64,000 nt of DNA from Pseudomonadota bacterium (GTDB lineage: Bacteria; Myxococcota_A; Bradymonadia; UBA4248): contig JAFRYG010000150.1 of assembly GCA_017441205.1 (NCBI GenBank), positions 3,931 through 67,930 on the forward strand, written 5' to 3'. This document shows, one piece after another, positions 48,881 to 57,998 of the stretch. Under the pieces are notes generated by a model that was not told the DNA's origin, made no database searches, and was given only the letters and a program-made list of their open reading frames with translations. The first letter of the stretch is position 1. Every line of letters begins with the position of its first letter. A program made the translations under genes and the position numbers.

Positions 48881-50590
48881 TTATTCGTTGCCATCGAGGT
48901 CGCTCAGTTTGTTCTGGAGCAGGTCACCGAGGTGGGCGGCCGAAGAGGCGTCGTTGTCGATGTACTGACGCAGACGACCGGTTTCGCTGTTGCGAACGAA
49001 CTGTTTGATGGAGAGTGCGATCTTACGTTCTGCAGGATCGACGCTGATGACTTCGGCTTTGTGGACTTCGCCGACTTTGACGACCTGATCGGGTTCGTCG
49101 ACGCGATCGCGGCTCAGTTCGCTGATGTGAATGAGGCCCTCGACGCCATCGGCGATCTGTGCGAAAGCACCGAATTCCGTAATCTTGGTAATTTTGCAAT
49201 CGACGACAGCCCCGGGAGGATACATTTCGGGGAGAGCTTCCCACGGATCAGCCGTAAGCTGTTTGATACCGAGGCTGAAGCGCTCGCTGGCGACGTCGAT
49301 GTTGAGGACGACGGCTTCGACTTCATCACCGCGTTTGTAGATTTCGGCCGGGTTGCGGACTTTCTGTGTCCAGCTGATATCGGAGACATGGACGAGACCA
49401 TCGATACCATCTTCGACGCCGATGAAGAGACCGAAGTCTGTGATATTGCGGATTTTGCCCTTGATGATCGTTCCGACGGGATATTTTTCTTCGAGGATTT
49501 CCCAGGGATTCGGTTCGGTCTGTTTCATACCGAGGCTGATCTTCTTGGCTTCGGTGTCGAGGCTGAGGACGACGACATCGATGACATCGCCGACGTTCAC
49601 GACGCGGCTGGGATGTTTGACGCGGCGCGTCCAGCTCATTTCGCTGATGTGGATGAGGCCTTCGATGCCTTCTTCGAGTTCAACGAATGCACCGTAATCG
49701 ATGAGGCTCACGACGCGGCCGAGAGCGCGGATGCCGGCGGGATAGCGTTCTGCAGCATGTTCCCAGGGATCCGGAGCGAGCTGTTTGTAACCGAGGCTGA
49801 CGCGTTCGTTTTCGGGTGTGAACTTGAGGACTTTGACCTTGATTTCGTCGCCGATCTGAACGACTTCGTTCGGATGATTGACGCGGCCCCAGCTCATATC
49901 GGTGATATGGAGCAGACCATCGATGCCGCCGAGGTCAACGAATGCACCGTATTCGGTGATATTCTTGACGATACCATCGAGGATGGCACCTTCGTGCAGT
50001 CTTTCGAGCGTCTGGCCCTTGAGGACAGCGCGTTCTTTTTCGAGCAGAGCACGGCGGGAAAGGACGATGTTTCCGCGTTTTTTGTTGAACTTGATGATTT
50101 TGAAACGATATTTCTGACCGATGAATTTGTCGAGATTGCGGGTCGGACGAAGTTCGACCTGGCTTCCGGGCAGGAATGCACGGACGCCGATATCGACGGC
50201 AAGACCACCCTTGACGCGGCTCATGATGGTACCTTCGACGGTCTCATCACTTTCGGCGATCTTGGAGATTTCTTCCCAGATCATGAGCTTGTCAGCTTCT
50301 TTCTTGCTCAGAACGCAGAGGCCATTTTCGTTTTCGGTGGCTTCGACATAGACATCGACGGTGTCACCGATCTTGACGTTGAACGACCCATCGGGGGCAA
50401 CGAATTCATTCTTGGGAACTTGTCCTTCCGACTTGTATCCGATATCAACGACGACGAAATCACCTACAAAATCGACAACTTTACCGCTGACGATTTCACC
50501 TTCACGAACTGAGGTCTGGTCCTGCTCATACTCAGCAAGCAACGCCTCAAAGCTTTCATTCTCAAAATCCTGGGCCATGATGGTCTCCAA
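48881..50590 (-). CDS. rpsA: 30S ribosomal protein S1.
   Basis: 569 aa with six S1 domains (repeated GxV.G.V..I...GAFV.L..G..GL.HISE.SW blocks). Confidence 0.93.
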   Translation of the reverse strand: METIMAQDFENESFEALLAEYEQDQTSVREGEIVSGKVVDFVGDFVVVDIGYKSEGQVPKNEFVAPDGSFNVKIGDTVDVYVEATENENGLCVLSKKEADKLMIWEEISKIAESDETVEGTIMSRVKGGLAVDIGVRAFLPGSQVELRPTRNLDKFIGQKYRFKIIKFNKKRGNIVLSRRALLEKERAVLKGQTLERLHEGAILDGIVKNITEYGAFVDLGGIDGLLHITDMSWGRVNHPNEVVQIGDEIKVKVLKFTPENERVSLGYKQLAPDPWEHAAERYPAGIRALGRVVSLIDYGAFVELEEGIEGLIHISEMSWTRRVKHPSRVVNVGDVIDVVVLSLDTEAKKISLGMKQTEPNPWEILEEKYPVGTIIKGKIRNITDFGLFIGVEDGIDGLVHVSDISWTQKVRNPAEIYKRGDEVEAVVLNIDVASERFSLGIKQLTADPWEALPEMYPPGAVVDCKITKITEFGAFAQIADGVEGLIHISELSRDRVDEPDQVVKVGEVHKAEVISVDPAERKIALSIKQFVRNSETGRLRQYIDNDASSAAHLGDLLQNKLSDLDGNE

Positions 50591-51162
50591 ATAAAAAAGG
50601 GTAAAAGAATTGCCACGGCCTACAACGGGCCACTTCCCCGGCGCTCAGATAACGATGCTCATGCCGGAAAAGACGCGCGCCATTATCATAATTCGGAGAT
50701 TTGGTCAATTTAATTCTTAGTTGCTGGGGGAATTGTCTGGAGATTTGTTAGAGGGAGCCCCACGAAACGTCTGTTTGGTGTGGCAGAGACATTCTGCGGG
50801 GAAAGGGGCGAGTCATAGTATCTTTTGAAATACAAAATTGAGAATAGGAATCATTCTCATTCTCATTTTTCATCTCACGAAAGATATGGCATGTACGCCT
50901 GAAGAGTTATCGGACATCCCCCTGAGCCAATGTTTGGCATTCTCAATGTCCATAGAGCAGATGCTGCCCCTCCATCGCTGCCGCAAATAACCTGGGGAAC
51001 ATCTGATCAATTGGCCCCTTTCCCCCATCCCCTTTCCCCAATGGGGCAAGGTAGACCTGCAGCCAGGCAACGGCGCACAAAATATCCCCTTTCCCCAACG
51101 GGGCAAGGGGAGTAGTTTTTACAACACAGTTTGGCCGCACCAGACAATTATTCAGAGATTCC

Positions 51163-51585
51163 CTAGTATTTTATATCCTCTGCAAATTTTCTGATTGCCG
51201 CCTCGCAGCTCTCGGCATTGTCAGAGACAAAAAGCGTGTTCTCGACTTGAGTGGCATAGAAGAATTTTCCGCCGCTGAGTTTGGAAGCATAGTGATAGTT
51301 AGACATGTTTGCAGAGGACGATATGCCTCCCGAACGCCCGTCCATAATCGGATTTGCGATGGAATGAAACTTCATTTCAGCATCGGCAGGAGCATTGAAA
51401 AATCCGAATTCGACGACGCATTCATCTTTTCTAAACTGATAAGCGTTATCTGCATCTTTAATCTTTTCGACAGTGAAACCATTGGCCTTGGCTGCGGCTT
51501 CGAGCGCCGCAGGATTTGTCGGCTCCTTGCTGCATGCCGTGAGCATGGGGATTGTGCACAATAATACGATCGCCAGTTTTTTCAT
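51163..51585 (-). CDS. Small lipoprotein of unknown function.
   Basis: GGAGG RBS. MKKLAIVLLCTIPMLTAC lipobox. 140 aa. Confidence 0.6.
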   Translation of the reverse strand: MKKLAIVLLCTIPMLTACSKEPTNPAALEAAAKANGFTVEKIKDADNAYQFRKDECVVEFGFFNAPADAEMKFHSIANPIMDGRSGGISSSANMSNYHYASKLSGGKFFYATQVENTLFVSDNAESCEAAIRKFAEDIKY

Positions 51586-52009
51586 AAAAACCTCCTGCTT
51601 TCATGAGTACGGGAATTGGAAAACACCGAAACCGTCTTTTGCAAGGCATTTCGATTCATAGCACCCGTATAGCACACTTGATGCAATGAGCGAAATGATA
51701 CTTTTTTTGACCTCACCTCCGCCCGCTTTGCGGCCCCCCTCTCCATGAATGGCGAGGGGATAATGGTATCATTATCTATGACCACAACAATAATACTAAT
51801 AAAAATTAATATATATTATTCCCAAAGTATTCTCAGGAAACAGATTCGCAAATGCATTATGGTCCTCAGTCCTTGTGAATGATTTATCCTTGCATCAGGT
51901 AAGGATTTCCCTGTAGACTTAAGGGCAACGCCAACTTTTAGGCTGTGTGTTGTCACTATACTATGACTATTCAGTGAATCGAGACAGGATCCGAATCAGA
52001 GGAGCTTTT

Positions 52010-55000
52010 ATGAAATCACAAAGACTGTTGTATTCGATGTGTATTTTTGCGGCCATGGGCTTGTATTCATGCAGTGATGATTCAGGCAGCACATCTTCGG
52101 AGGAGAAAGCCATCTGCGGCAATGGAATTCTGGAAGAAGATGAACTATGCGATGACGGCAATACGGAGGCTGGTGACGGTTGTTCGGACGACTGCACGGT
52201 TGAAGCCGGGTGGACCTGCGACAAGCCGGGAATTCCCTGCACAGAAGATGGGCCGGATAAAAAAGCAGTCTGCGGGGATGGCAAAATAACGGGTGATGAA
52301 TCCTGTGATGACGGGAACACCAAAGCTGGCGATGGTTGTTCGGGAGACTGTGCTGTAGAGGATGGCTGGCGCTGCCCAACGCCAGGTGAGCCATGCATCG
52401 AACGTATCGAGGAAGAGGATGCCGTTTGCGGCGACGGATTACTGGATGGCAGCGAGATCTGCGACGATGGTAATATCGAGTCCGGTGACGGCTGTTCGAG
52501 TGAATGCCGCATCGAAGATGGCTGGAACTGTGAAACGCCCGGTGCTGCCTGTGAAAAAACCAATATCGCCGAAGCTGTCTGCGGGGACGGCATTGTTGCT
52601 GATTATGAAGAATGCGACGACGGCAATGCCGAGGCAGATGACGGCTGTTCCTCAAATTGTGCATTAGAGACTGGCTGGCAATGTGAAACACCGGGACAAC
52701 CCTGTGTAAAAGATGTGGTGATCGACGCCGTCTGCGGCGACGGTCAAAAGGCTGACAACGAATCCTGCGACGATGGCAATCTGGATGCCGAGGATGGCTG
52801 TGCGCCCGATTGCACCATTGAGGAAGGATGGACCTGCGATAAACCCGGTGAACCTTGCGTACAAGTTTCTACCGTTCCGGAAGATGTCTGTGGGGATGGT
52901 GAGATCACTGGCGATGAAAAATGCGATGACGGCAATGCAAAGGCAGGCGATGGATGTTCAGACAACTGCACTATCGAAGCTGGCTGGGTTTGCGAAAATC
53001 CCGGCACGCCATGCACAAAGCAGCCCGTAGTTCCCGGAGATGTTTGTGGAGACGGCAAAATTTCCGGCAATGAGAAATGCGATGATGGCAACGCCAAAGA
53101 CGGCGATGGATGTTCTGCCAAGTGCGCCATCGAAAAGGGTTGGACCTGTGCCGAGGCCGGCAAGGCATGTTCGACAGTCTGTGGGGACGGTATCGTTGCA
53201 GGCAAGGAAAAATGTGACGACGGCAATACCAAGGCCGATGACGGTTGTTCTGCCAAGTGTGCCATTGAGGAATCCTACGTATGCAAGACTGCCGGCAAGC
53301 CCTGTACACCCGAATTTGATAACAAAACGAGCATTAAAATTCTTGGCGTGGGCAACAGCCTGATGCGGGACTCGACCGTTTATCTGTGCGATATTCTCGT
53401 CAATATGGGATATAAAAATGTCACGGTTGGCGTGTTATATACCGGCGGCAAGTCGATCAACTATCATGCAGAGAATATGCGCAAGAAAGGGTCGCCCGGG
53501 ACTTACTTTCTCAGTACATGCAAAGATTGTGATACCAAAAGCAAATGTACCGAAACGACCCCCAAAAAGACATATCTGGAAGCCATTAAGTCCGCAAAGT
53601 GGGACTATTTCATCATGATGACCTCTCCTTCCGGCGTAATCGATCTTTACAACAAAGATATTGATTATGTCATCGATACGGTCAAAAAGAATTCACCCAA
53701 AGAACCGGAGTTCGGCTGGGCGCTGACATGGGCATACCAAACGGGCGTTTCGCATTACCAAATGGCATTCCATGGATACAATCAAATTAAAATGTACGAA
53801 GCGGCCGTCATGTCGGTCAAAACCAAGATAGAACCAAGAAAAGATATCTCATTTGTCATCCCTGCGGGAACGGCCATCCAAAACCTCAGAAACGGCATTT
53901 TTGCGAATAATATGAATCGGGATGGCTATCACATGTCCTACAACAATGGTCGGTTTGCGGCCAATCTGATGTGGGCCAAACAAATCACCAAACGACCGGT
54001 CGGCAAAGTCACCTACAAACCGAATAAATATTCCTATACCGACAGGCAAATAAAAGCCCTCAAGGAAGCCGTCGTCAACGCCTATAAAACCCCTTATGCG
54101 GTCACGCGTCCCAGCAAAGGCGTCAACGGAACCTACGTCAAGCCAAACAAGGATCTCCAGAAAATCTTTTCCGATGCAGGCCACAATCTCAAGGATTATG
54201 TCGAAATCCCCGTCGGAGTAACGACAAAAGCCCTGTACAATTCGACGAAACAGGATGCCGATGTATGCAATCTCACGTCTGTATTAATCGACGGTACGAA
54301 ATATTGTTATGCCACACTGGTAAGTGCAGAGACGGGAAGCAAGAGTGCCGATCTTAAGAAACATGCAGCTTCGCGCATCTTTACGCGCTATGAGATCCCC
54401 AATGGCTCATTTATCGTCATCAAATCCGGGTATGAATATCGCGCAGATGGCTGGATTTCCTTCGACAAGGCAACCGCAGCAAAGAACCGGCCTGCTGTCG
54501 TGGATAAACAAATCACCGAGGTGACGGACAAATGGTGGGGGAAATATCAATACCGTGCATTTACTCTGTCCAAAAAAGGAGAACCCAAACTCAGCGACGA
54601 AGAGATGGAAAGCCTAGAAAAGGTCATGTCCATCTTTGTTCCGATTCACCATGACAATGCCGACGATGCTCTCGTCAAGGCGGGTTATGATTTGAGCAAG
54701 TACAAGAAGCTCGATCTGAGCCTGACGCACAAGGCTTATTGGAATTCGAACACAGTAAGCGACTTGCCGACAGGATTGACGAGACCGGACGCAAATAACA
54801 AATTTCCCACCAAACTCTTTGGCGGCGATAAAAACAGTACAGCAGTCAAGTTTGCAACCACGCGCATCTTTACCAAATCAGCAATTCCCAATGGCAGTCT
54901 GATTGTCCTCGTCAAGGGTTATCGTTATACCCCCGACGGTTGGAAGGCCCTTGATGTTTCAAACAAAGGTACAGATCTTCGTCCCAAACCCGTCGTTGCC

Positions 55001-55159
55001 AAGGATGCCAACTCTATCACCGTCGTTGATGATAAGTGGTGGGGTCAGTTCAAATATCGGGCGTTCAACATTACCAAGGCCGAACCGGTTGAACTTACGC
55101 CGCTGGAACAGTATCAGATGGGCGAGGTTTTTGCGATCTATACGCCAGTTTCCAAATAA
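52010..55159 (+). CDS. Secreted protein with about 10 DUF4215/Myxococcus cysteine-rich repeats and a C-terminal SGNH-like hydrolase-fold domain (GNSL block) followed by a duplicated about 100-aa module.
   Basis: GAGGAG RBS. Signal peptide MKSQRLLYSMCIFAAMGLYSC. The repeats are CGDG.I.G.E.CDDGN..AGDGCS..C..E.GW.C. The C-terminal region starts ILGVGNSLMRDS (GDSL-like block I with Asn), which resembles DUF4886/SGNH-fold proteins. The duplicated tail is 'RIFT..IPNGS.IV...GY.Y..DGW...KWWG..YRAF'. Confidence 0.75.
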   Translation: MKSQRLLYSMCIFAAMGLYSCSDDSGSTSSEEKAICGNGILEEDELCDDGNTEAGDGCSDDCTVEAGWTCDKPGIPCTEDGPDKKAVCGDGKITGDESCDDGNTKAGDGCSGDCAVEDGWRCPTPGEPCIERIEEEDAVCGDGLLDGSEICDDGNIESGDGCSSECRIEDGWNCETPGAACEKTNIAEAVCGDGIVADYEECDDGNAEADDGCSSNCALETGWQCETPGQPCVKDVVIDAVCGDGQKADNESCDDGNLDAEDGCAPDCTIEEGWTCDKPGEPCVQVSTVPEDVCGDGEITGDEKCDDGNAKAGDGCSDNCTIEAGWVCENPGTPCTKQPVVPGDVCGDGKISGNEKCDDGNAKDGDGCSAKCAIEKGWTCAEAGKACSTVCGDGIVAGKEKCDDGNTKADDGCSAKCAIEESYVCKTAGKPCTPEFDNKTSIKILGVGNSLMRDSTVYLCDILVNMGYKNVTVGVLYTGGKSINYHAENMRKKGSPGTYFLSTCKDCDTKSKCTETTPKKTYLEAIKSAKWDYFIMMTSPSGVIDLYNKDIDYVIDTVKKNSPKEPEFGWALTWAYQTGVSHYQMAFHGYNQIKMYEAAVMSVKTKIEPRKDISFVIPAGTAIQNLRNGIFANNMNRDGYHMSYNNGRFAANLMWAKQITKRPVGKVTYKPNKYSYTDRQIKALKEAVVNAYKTPYAVTRPSKGVNGTYVKPNKDLQKIFSDAGHNLKDYVEIPVGVTTKALYNSTKQDADVCNLTSVLIDGTKYCYATLVSAETGSKSADLKKHAASRIFTRYEIPNGSFIVIKSGYEYRADGWISFDKATAAKNRPAVVDKQITEVTDKWWGKYQYRAFTLSKKGEPKLSDEEMESLEKVMSIFVPIHHDNADDALVKAGYDLSKYKKLDLSLTHKAYWNSNTVSDLPTGLTRPDANNKFPTKLFGGDKNSTAVKFATTRIFTKSAIPNGSLIVLVKGYRYTPDGWKALDVSNKGTDLRPKPVVAKDANSITVVDDKWWGQFKYRAFNITKAEPVELTPLEQYQMGEVFAIYTPVSK

Positions 55160-55170
55160 ATGACTATTCA

Positions 55171-55194
55171 GAGACGTTCCATCTGAACGTCTCT
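55171..55194. other. Palindrome GAGACGTTC-catctg-GAACGTCTC immediately after the stop of 52010..55159. It is a member of the AGACGT...ACGTCT family.
   Basis: 9-bp perfect inverted repeat. It shares its arms with the palindromes at 23839 and 22076. Confidence 0.5.
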
Positions 55195-55391
55195 CCAATA
55201 CATCACCAACGACAACCAGCGTATCCATGTTCTCCGGACATTCCATGGAATGTTCCGGACTGAGCATGCCCAATTGACGTAATACTTCAATTCTCTGCAA
55301 AAAATACTTATAATACGCCCCGTGTTTGCGTGCGCAAATTTTTGGTCTTTTTACCATTTCTGAGCCAGGAGGCAGCCACGACGGAGGTTAT

Positions 55392-57764
55392 ATGAAGAGG
55401 TATTTCAGATTCATCCTATGGACGGCAGCTGCATCGGCTGCGGGAATTGCAGGAGTTTCGGCTACAGCTGCAGCACAGGATTTGGCCTGGCCGGCAGGAC
55501 AGAATTGTACCCATATTTCGACATACTATGGCTATCGTGCATCACATTTTCACAGCGGCATTGATATTGCGTGCGGCGGCGACATCGATATTCTCGCGGC
55601 AGCAGACGGCAAAGTCGTTTCCGAAACGAATTCCCAGGGGCAGTGCCAATATTCCAAATCCGCCGGCACATGCGTTTCGTGCAAGCAATCCATGGGCAAC
55701 TCCCTGACCATCGATCACGGCAATGGCTATCAGACCATCTACATGCATCTCAAGAAGAAGCTGGTAAAAAAAGGCGATGAGGTTTCCTGCGGCGATGTCA
55801 TCGCGAAGATGGGAACGACGGGATGCTCGACCGGCCAGCACCTGCATTTTACGGTCAAGATCAACGGCAAAACGGACGATCCCTTCAATCACGTCAAAAA
55901 AGCCAACTACACGTGTCCCGCAGGCAGCGGCGGTTCCCTCGGTATGGTGTCGATTTTTGAGCCGCAAAATACCGATATCGACGGCGACGGCGTCGCCGAA
56001 ATCTGCATCCGCGGCTCAAAGGGCCTGCAATGCATCTTCCCCAAAACGGACATTACGACCAAAAACATTATCTTCGACACCTTCAGTGACGAAAAGGGCT
56101 GGAACGACGTTTCGAACTACGCCACGATTCGTTTTGCCGATGTCAATGGCGACGACAAATCGGATGTCTGTGCCCGTTCGAATTCCGCCTATCAGTGCTG
56201 GCTGTCGAACGGCACGGGCTTTACCGACGGCGGCAGCGTCAGCATGAGCGACAAAGATGGCTACAACGACGTCAAATACTATGCGACGACAAAACTCGCC
56301 GATATCAATGCCGACGGCAAATTCGATTTCTGCGCGCGGTTCAAGGATCACTTCAATTGTTACCTGTCGACCGGCGACGGATTTTCGGAAACCCCGATTC
56401 ACTTCGACGACATGGGCGACGCACAGGGCTGGGGCAAGCCGCAGTATTACATGACGATCCGCATGGCCGACATCAATGGCGACGGCATGGCGGATGTTTG
56501 CGGGCGCAGCAGCAGCGGCGTGCTCTGCTGGCCTTCGCATGGCGACAGCTTCGGCGATGCCATTACGGGCCCCGCCTGGACGGACGCCAACTGGGAAAAA
56601 GCCCCGTATTATTCGACGATCCGCATGCCCGATATCAATGGCGACCACAAAGCCGATCTCTGTGCACGCGACAACAGCGGCGTCGTGTGCCATCTTTCGA
56701 CCGACGATGGCTTTGGCGACGAGATTCGCGGCCCCGAATGGTCTGACAGCAATGGCTGGAAGGATCCGGAGCATTACGCAACGCTCCAGTTCGGCGATAT
56801 CAACGGCGACGGCATGGACGATATCTGCGCCCGCGCCGATGCCGGCCTTATCTGCCACCTGTCCAATGGCAATGGATTTGAAGCGGACAGCTTTACCATC
56901 GATGAATTCGGCGACGCCAAAGGCGGCAACAAACCTGCCATCTACCGAACCATCCACATCGGCGACATCGATGGTGACGGCAAAATGGACATCTGCGGGC
57001 GCAATACAGAAACCGCAGTCTGCTTCAAGTTCAACGGTGAAGGCTTCGACCGCATCGAAGGTGCGCCGCTTTCGGATTCCAGCGGCTGGAATGGCAACGA
57101 ATATGCTTCGACCTATCGCCTTGGCGGTCCCAAGCCCAAAGATTGCTCGTTCCTGGCCGAAATCTGTGACGAAAAGGACAACAACTGCAACGGCGAAGTC
57201 GACGAAGGCAACGTATGCTGCGAACCGTCCGAAGAAATCTGCGACGGTGCCGACAACGACTGCGACGGCCAAATCGACGAAGATGGCGTCTGCTGCGTGC
57301 CTGAGGTCTGTGACGGCTTGGACAATGACTGCGACGGTGAAGTCGACGAAGACAACATCTGCTGCGAACCGACCGAAGAAATCTGTGATCGCATCGACAA
57401 TGACTGCGACGGCCAAATCGATGAAGACAACGTTTGCTGCGAACCTTCGGAAGAAGTCTGCGACGGCGAAGACAACGACTGCGACGGCCAAATCGACGAA
57501 GACGATGTCTGCAATACCGAACCCGACGAAAAACAGGATGATAGCGACGAAAAAGGCGACAATAACGACGATTACAAAAATAACGGTAACGACACAGATG
57601 AAGAGCCCGATTCGGTTGAACCCAACGAGCGTTCCATCCATGTGTCGGACGATTGCTCGAGCCAGCCGCAGGGAACGTCTTCGCATCCGATGCCCTGGCT
57701 GCTTGGATTTGGCGGTCTTTTGGGCATGATTCTGTATCGCCGTCGTCGCGAGAATTCGAAATGA
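55392..57764 (+). CDS. Secreted M23 (LytM-type) metallopeptidase, followed by about 9 FG-GAP/VCBS-like repeats, 5 MopE-like 'CDG.DNDCDG.IDED' repeats, an acidic linker and a C-terminal sorting-signal-like tail.
   Basis: GGAGG RBS. Signal peptide MKRYFRFILWTAAASAAGIAGVSATAAAQD. M23 motifs HSGIDIA...DG.V...GNSLTIDHGNGYQTIYMHL...GTTGCSTGQHLHF. Repeats Y.TIRFADVNGDGK.DVCAR. Tail CSSQPQGTSSHPMPWLLGFGGLLGMILYRRRRENSK. Confidence 0.85.
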   Translation: MKRYFRFILWTAAASAAGIAGVSATAAAQDLAWPAGQNCTHISTYYGYRASHFHSGIDIACGGDIDILAAADGKVVSETNSQGQCQYSKSAGTCVSCKQSMGNSLTIDHGNGYQTIYMHLKKKLVKKGDEVSCGDVIAKMGTTGCSTGQHLHFTVKINGKTDDPFNHVKKANYTCPAGSGGSLGMVSIFEPQNTDIDGDGVAEICIRGSKGLQCIFPKTDITTKNIIFDTFSDEKGWNDVSNYATIRFADVNGDDKSDVCARSNSAYQCWLSNGTGFTDGGSVSMSDKDGYNDVKYYATTKLADINADGKFDFCARFKDHFNCYLSTGDGFSETPIHFDDMGDAQGWGKPQYYMTIRMADINGDGMADVCGRSSSGVLCWPSHGDSFGDAITGPAWTDANWEKAPYYSTIRMPDINGDHKADLCARDNSGVVCHLSTDDGFGDEIRGPEWSDSNGWKDPEHYATLQFGDINGDGMDDICARADAGLICHLSNGNGFEADSFTIDEFGDAKGGNKPAIYRTIHIGDIDGDGKMDICGRNTETAVCFKFNGEGFDRIEGAPLSDSSGWNGNEYASTYRLGGPKPKDCSFLAEICDEKDNNCNGEVDEGNVCCEPSEEICDGADNDCDGQIDEDGVCCVPEVCDGLDNDCDGEVDEDNICCEPTEEICDRIDNDCDGQIDEDNVCCEPSEEVCDGEDNDCDGQIDEDDVCNTEPDEKQDDSDEKGDNNDDYKNNGNDTDEEPDSVEPNERSIHVSDDCSSQPQGTSSHPMPWLLGFGGLLGMILYRRRRENSK

Positions 57765-57863
57765 CGGTTGTTTGAGTGGCCCGTGCTATTGCGCCGAAGG
57801 CGCAATACGCACCGGGTGCGCGGCTATGAGGGCTGCGCCCGCATACGCCGCCCAAACCAAAGA

Positions 57864-57930
57864 GCCGCGTATTTGCCATCGGCAAATAGCGGCGAGGCAA
57901 GCCGTAGTGGCGAACGCCACAAGGCGCGCC
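57864..57930. repeat. REP-like element (gccGCGTATTTGCCatcGGCAAATAGCggc) plus a second hairpin (gtggcgaacgccac).
   Basis: Near-identical to the copy at 60664..60733. It lies inside the tandem duplication unit. Confidence 0.6.
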
Positions 57931-57998
57931 CACAAAATCAGGTTATCACAGAGAAAAATTATTGCAGTTGTGATTCAAACGACATTACGGAGGAAATC

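Noticed and set aside
56016-57686. 556-aa minus-strand ORF.
   Set aside because: It is antisense to the M23/FG-GAP gene. It is an artefact of repeat-rich sequence without stops on the opposite strand.
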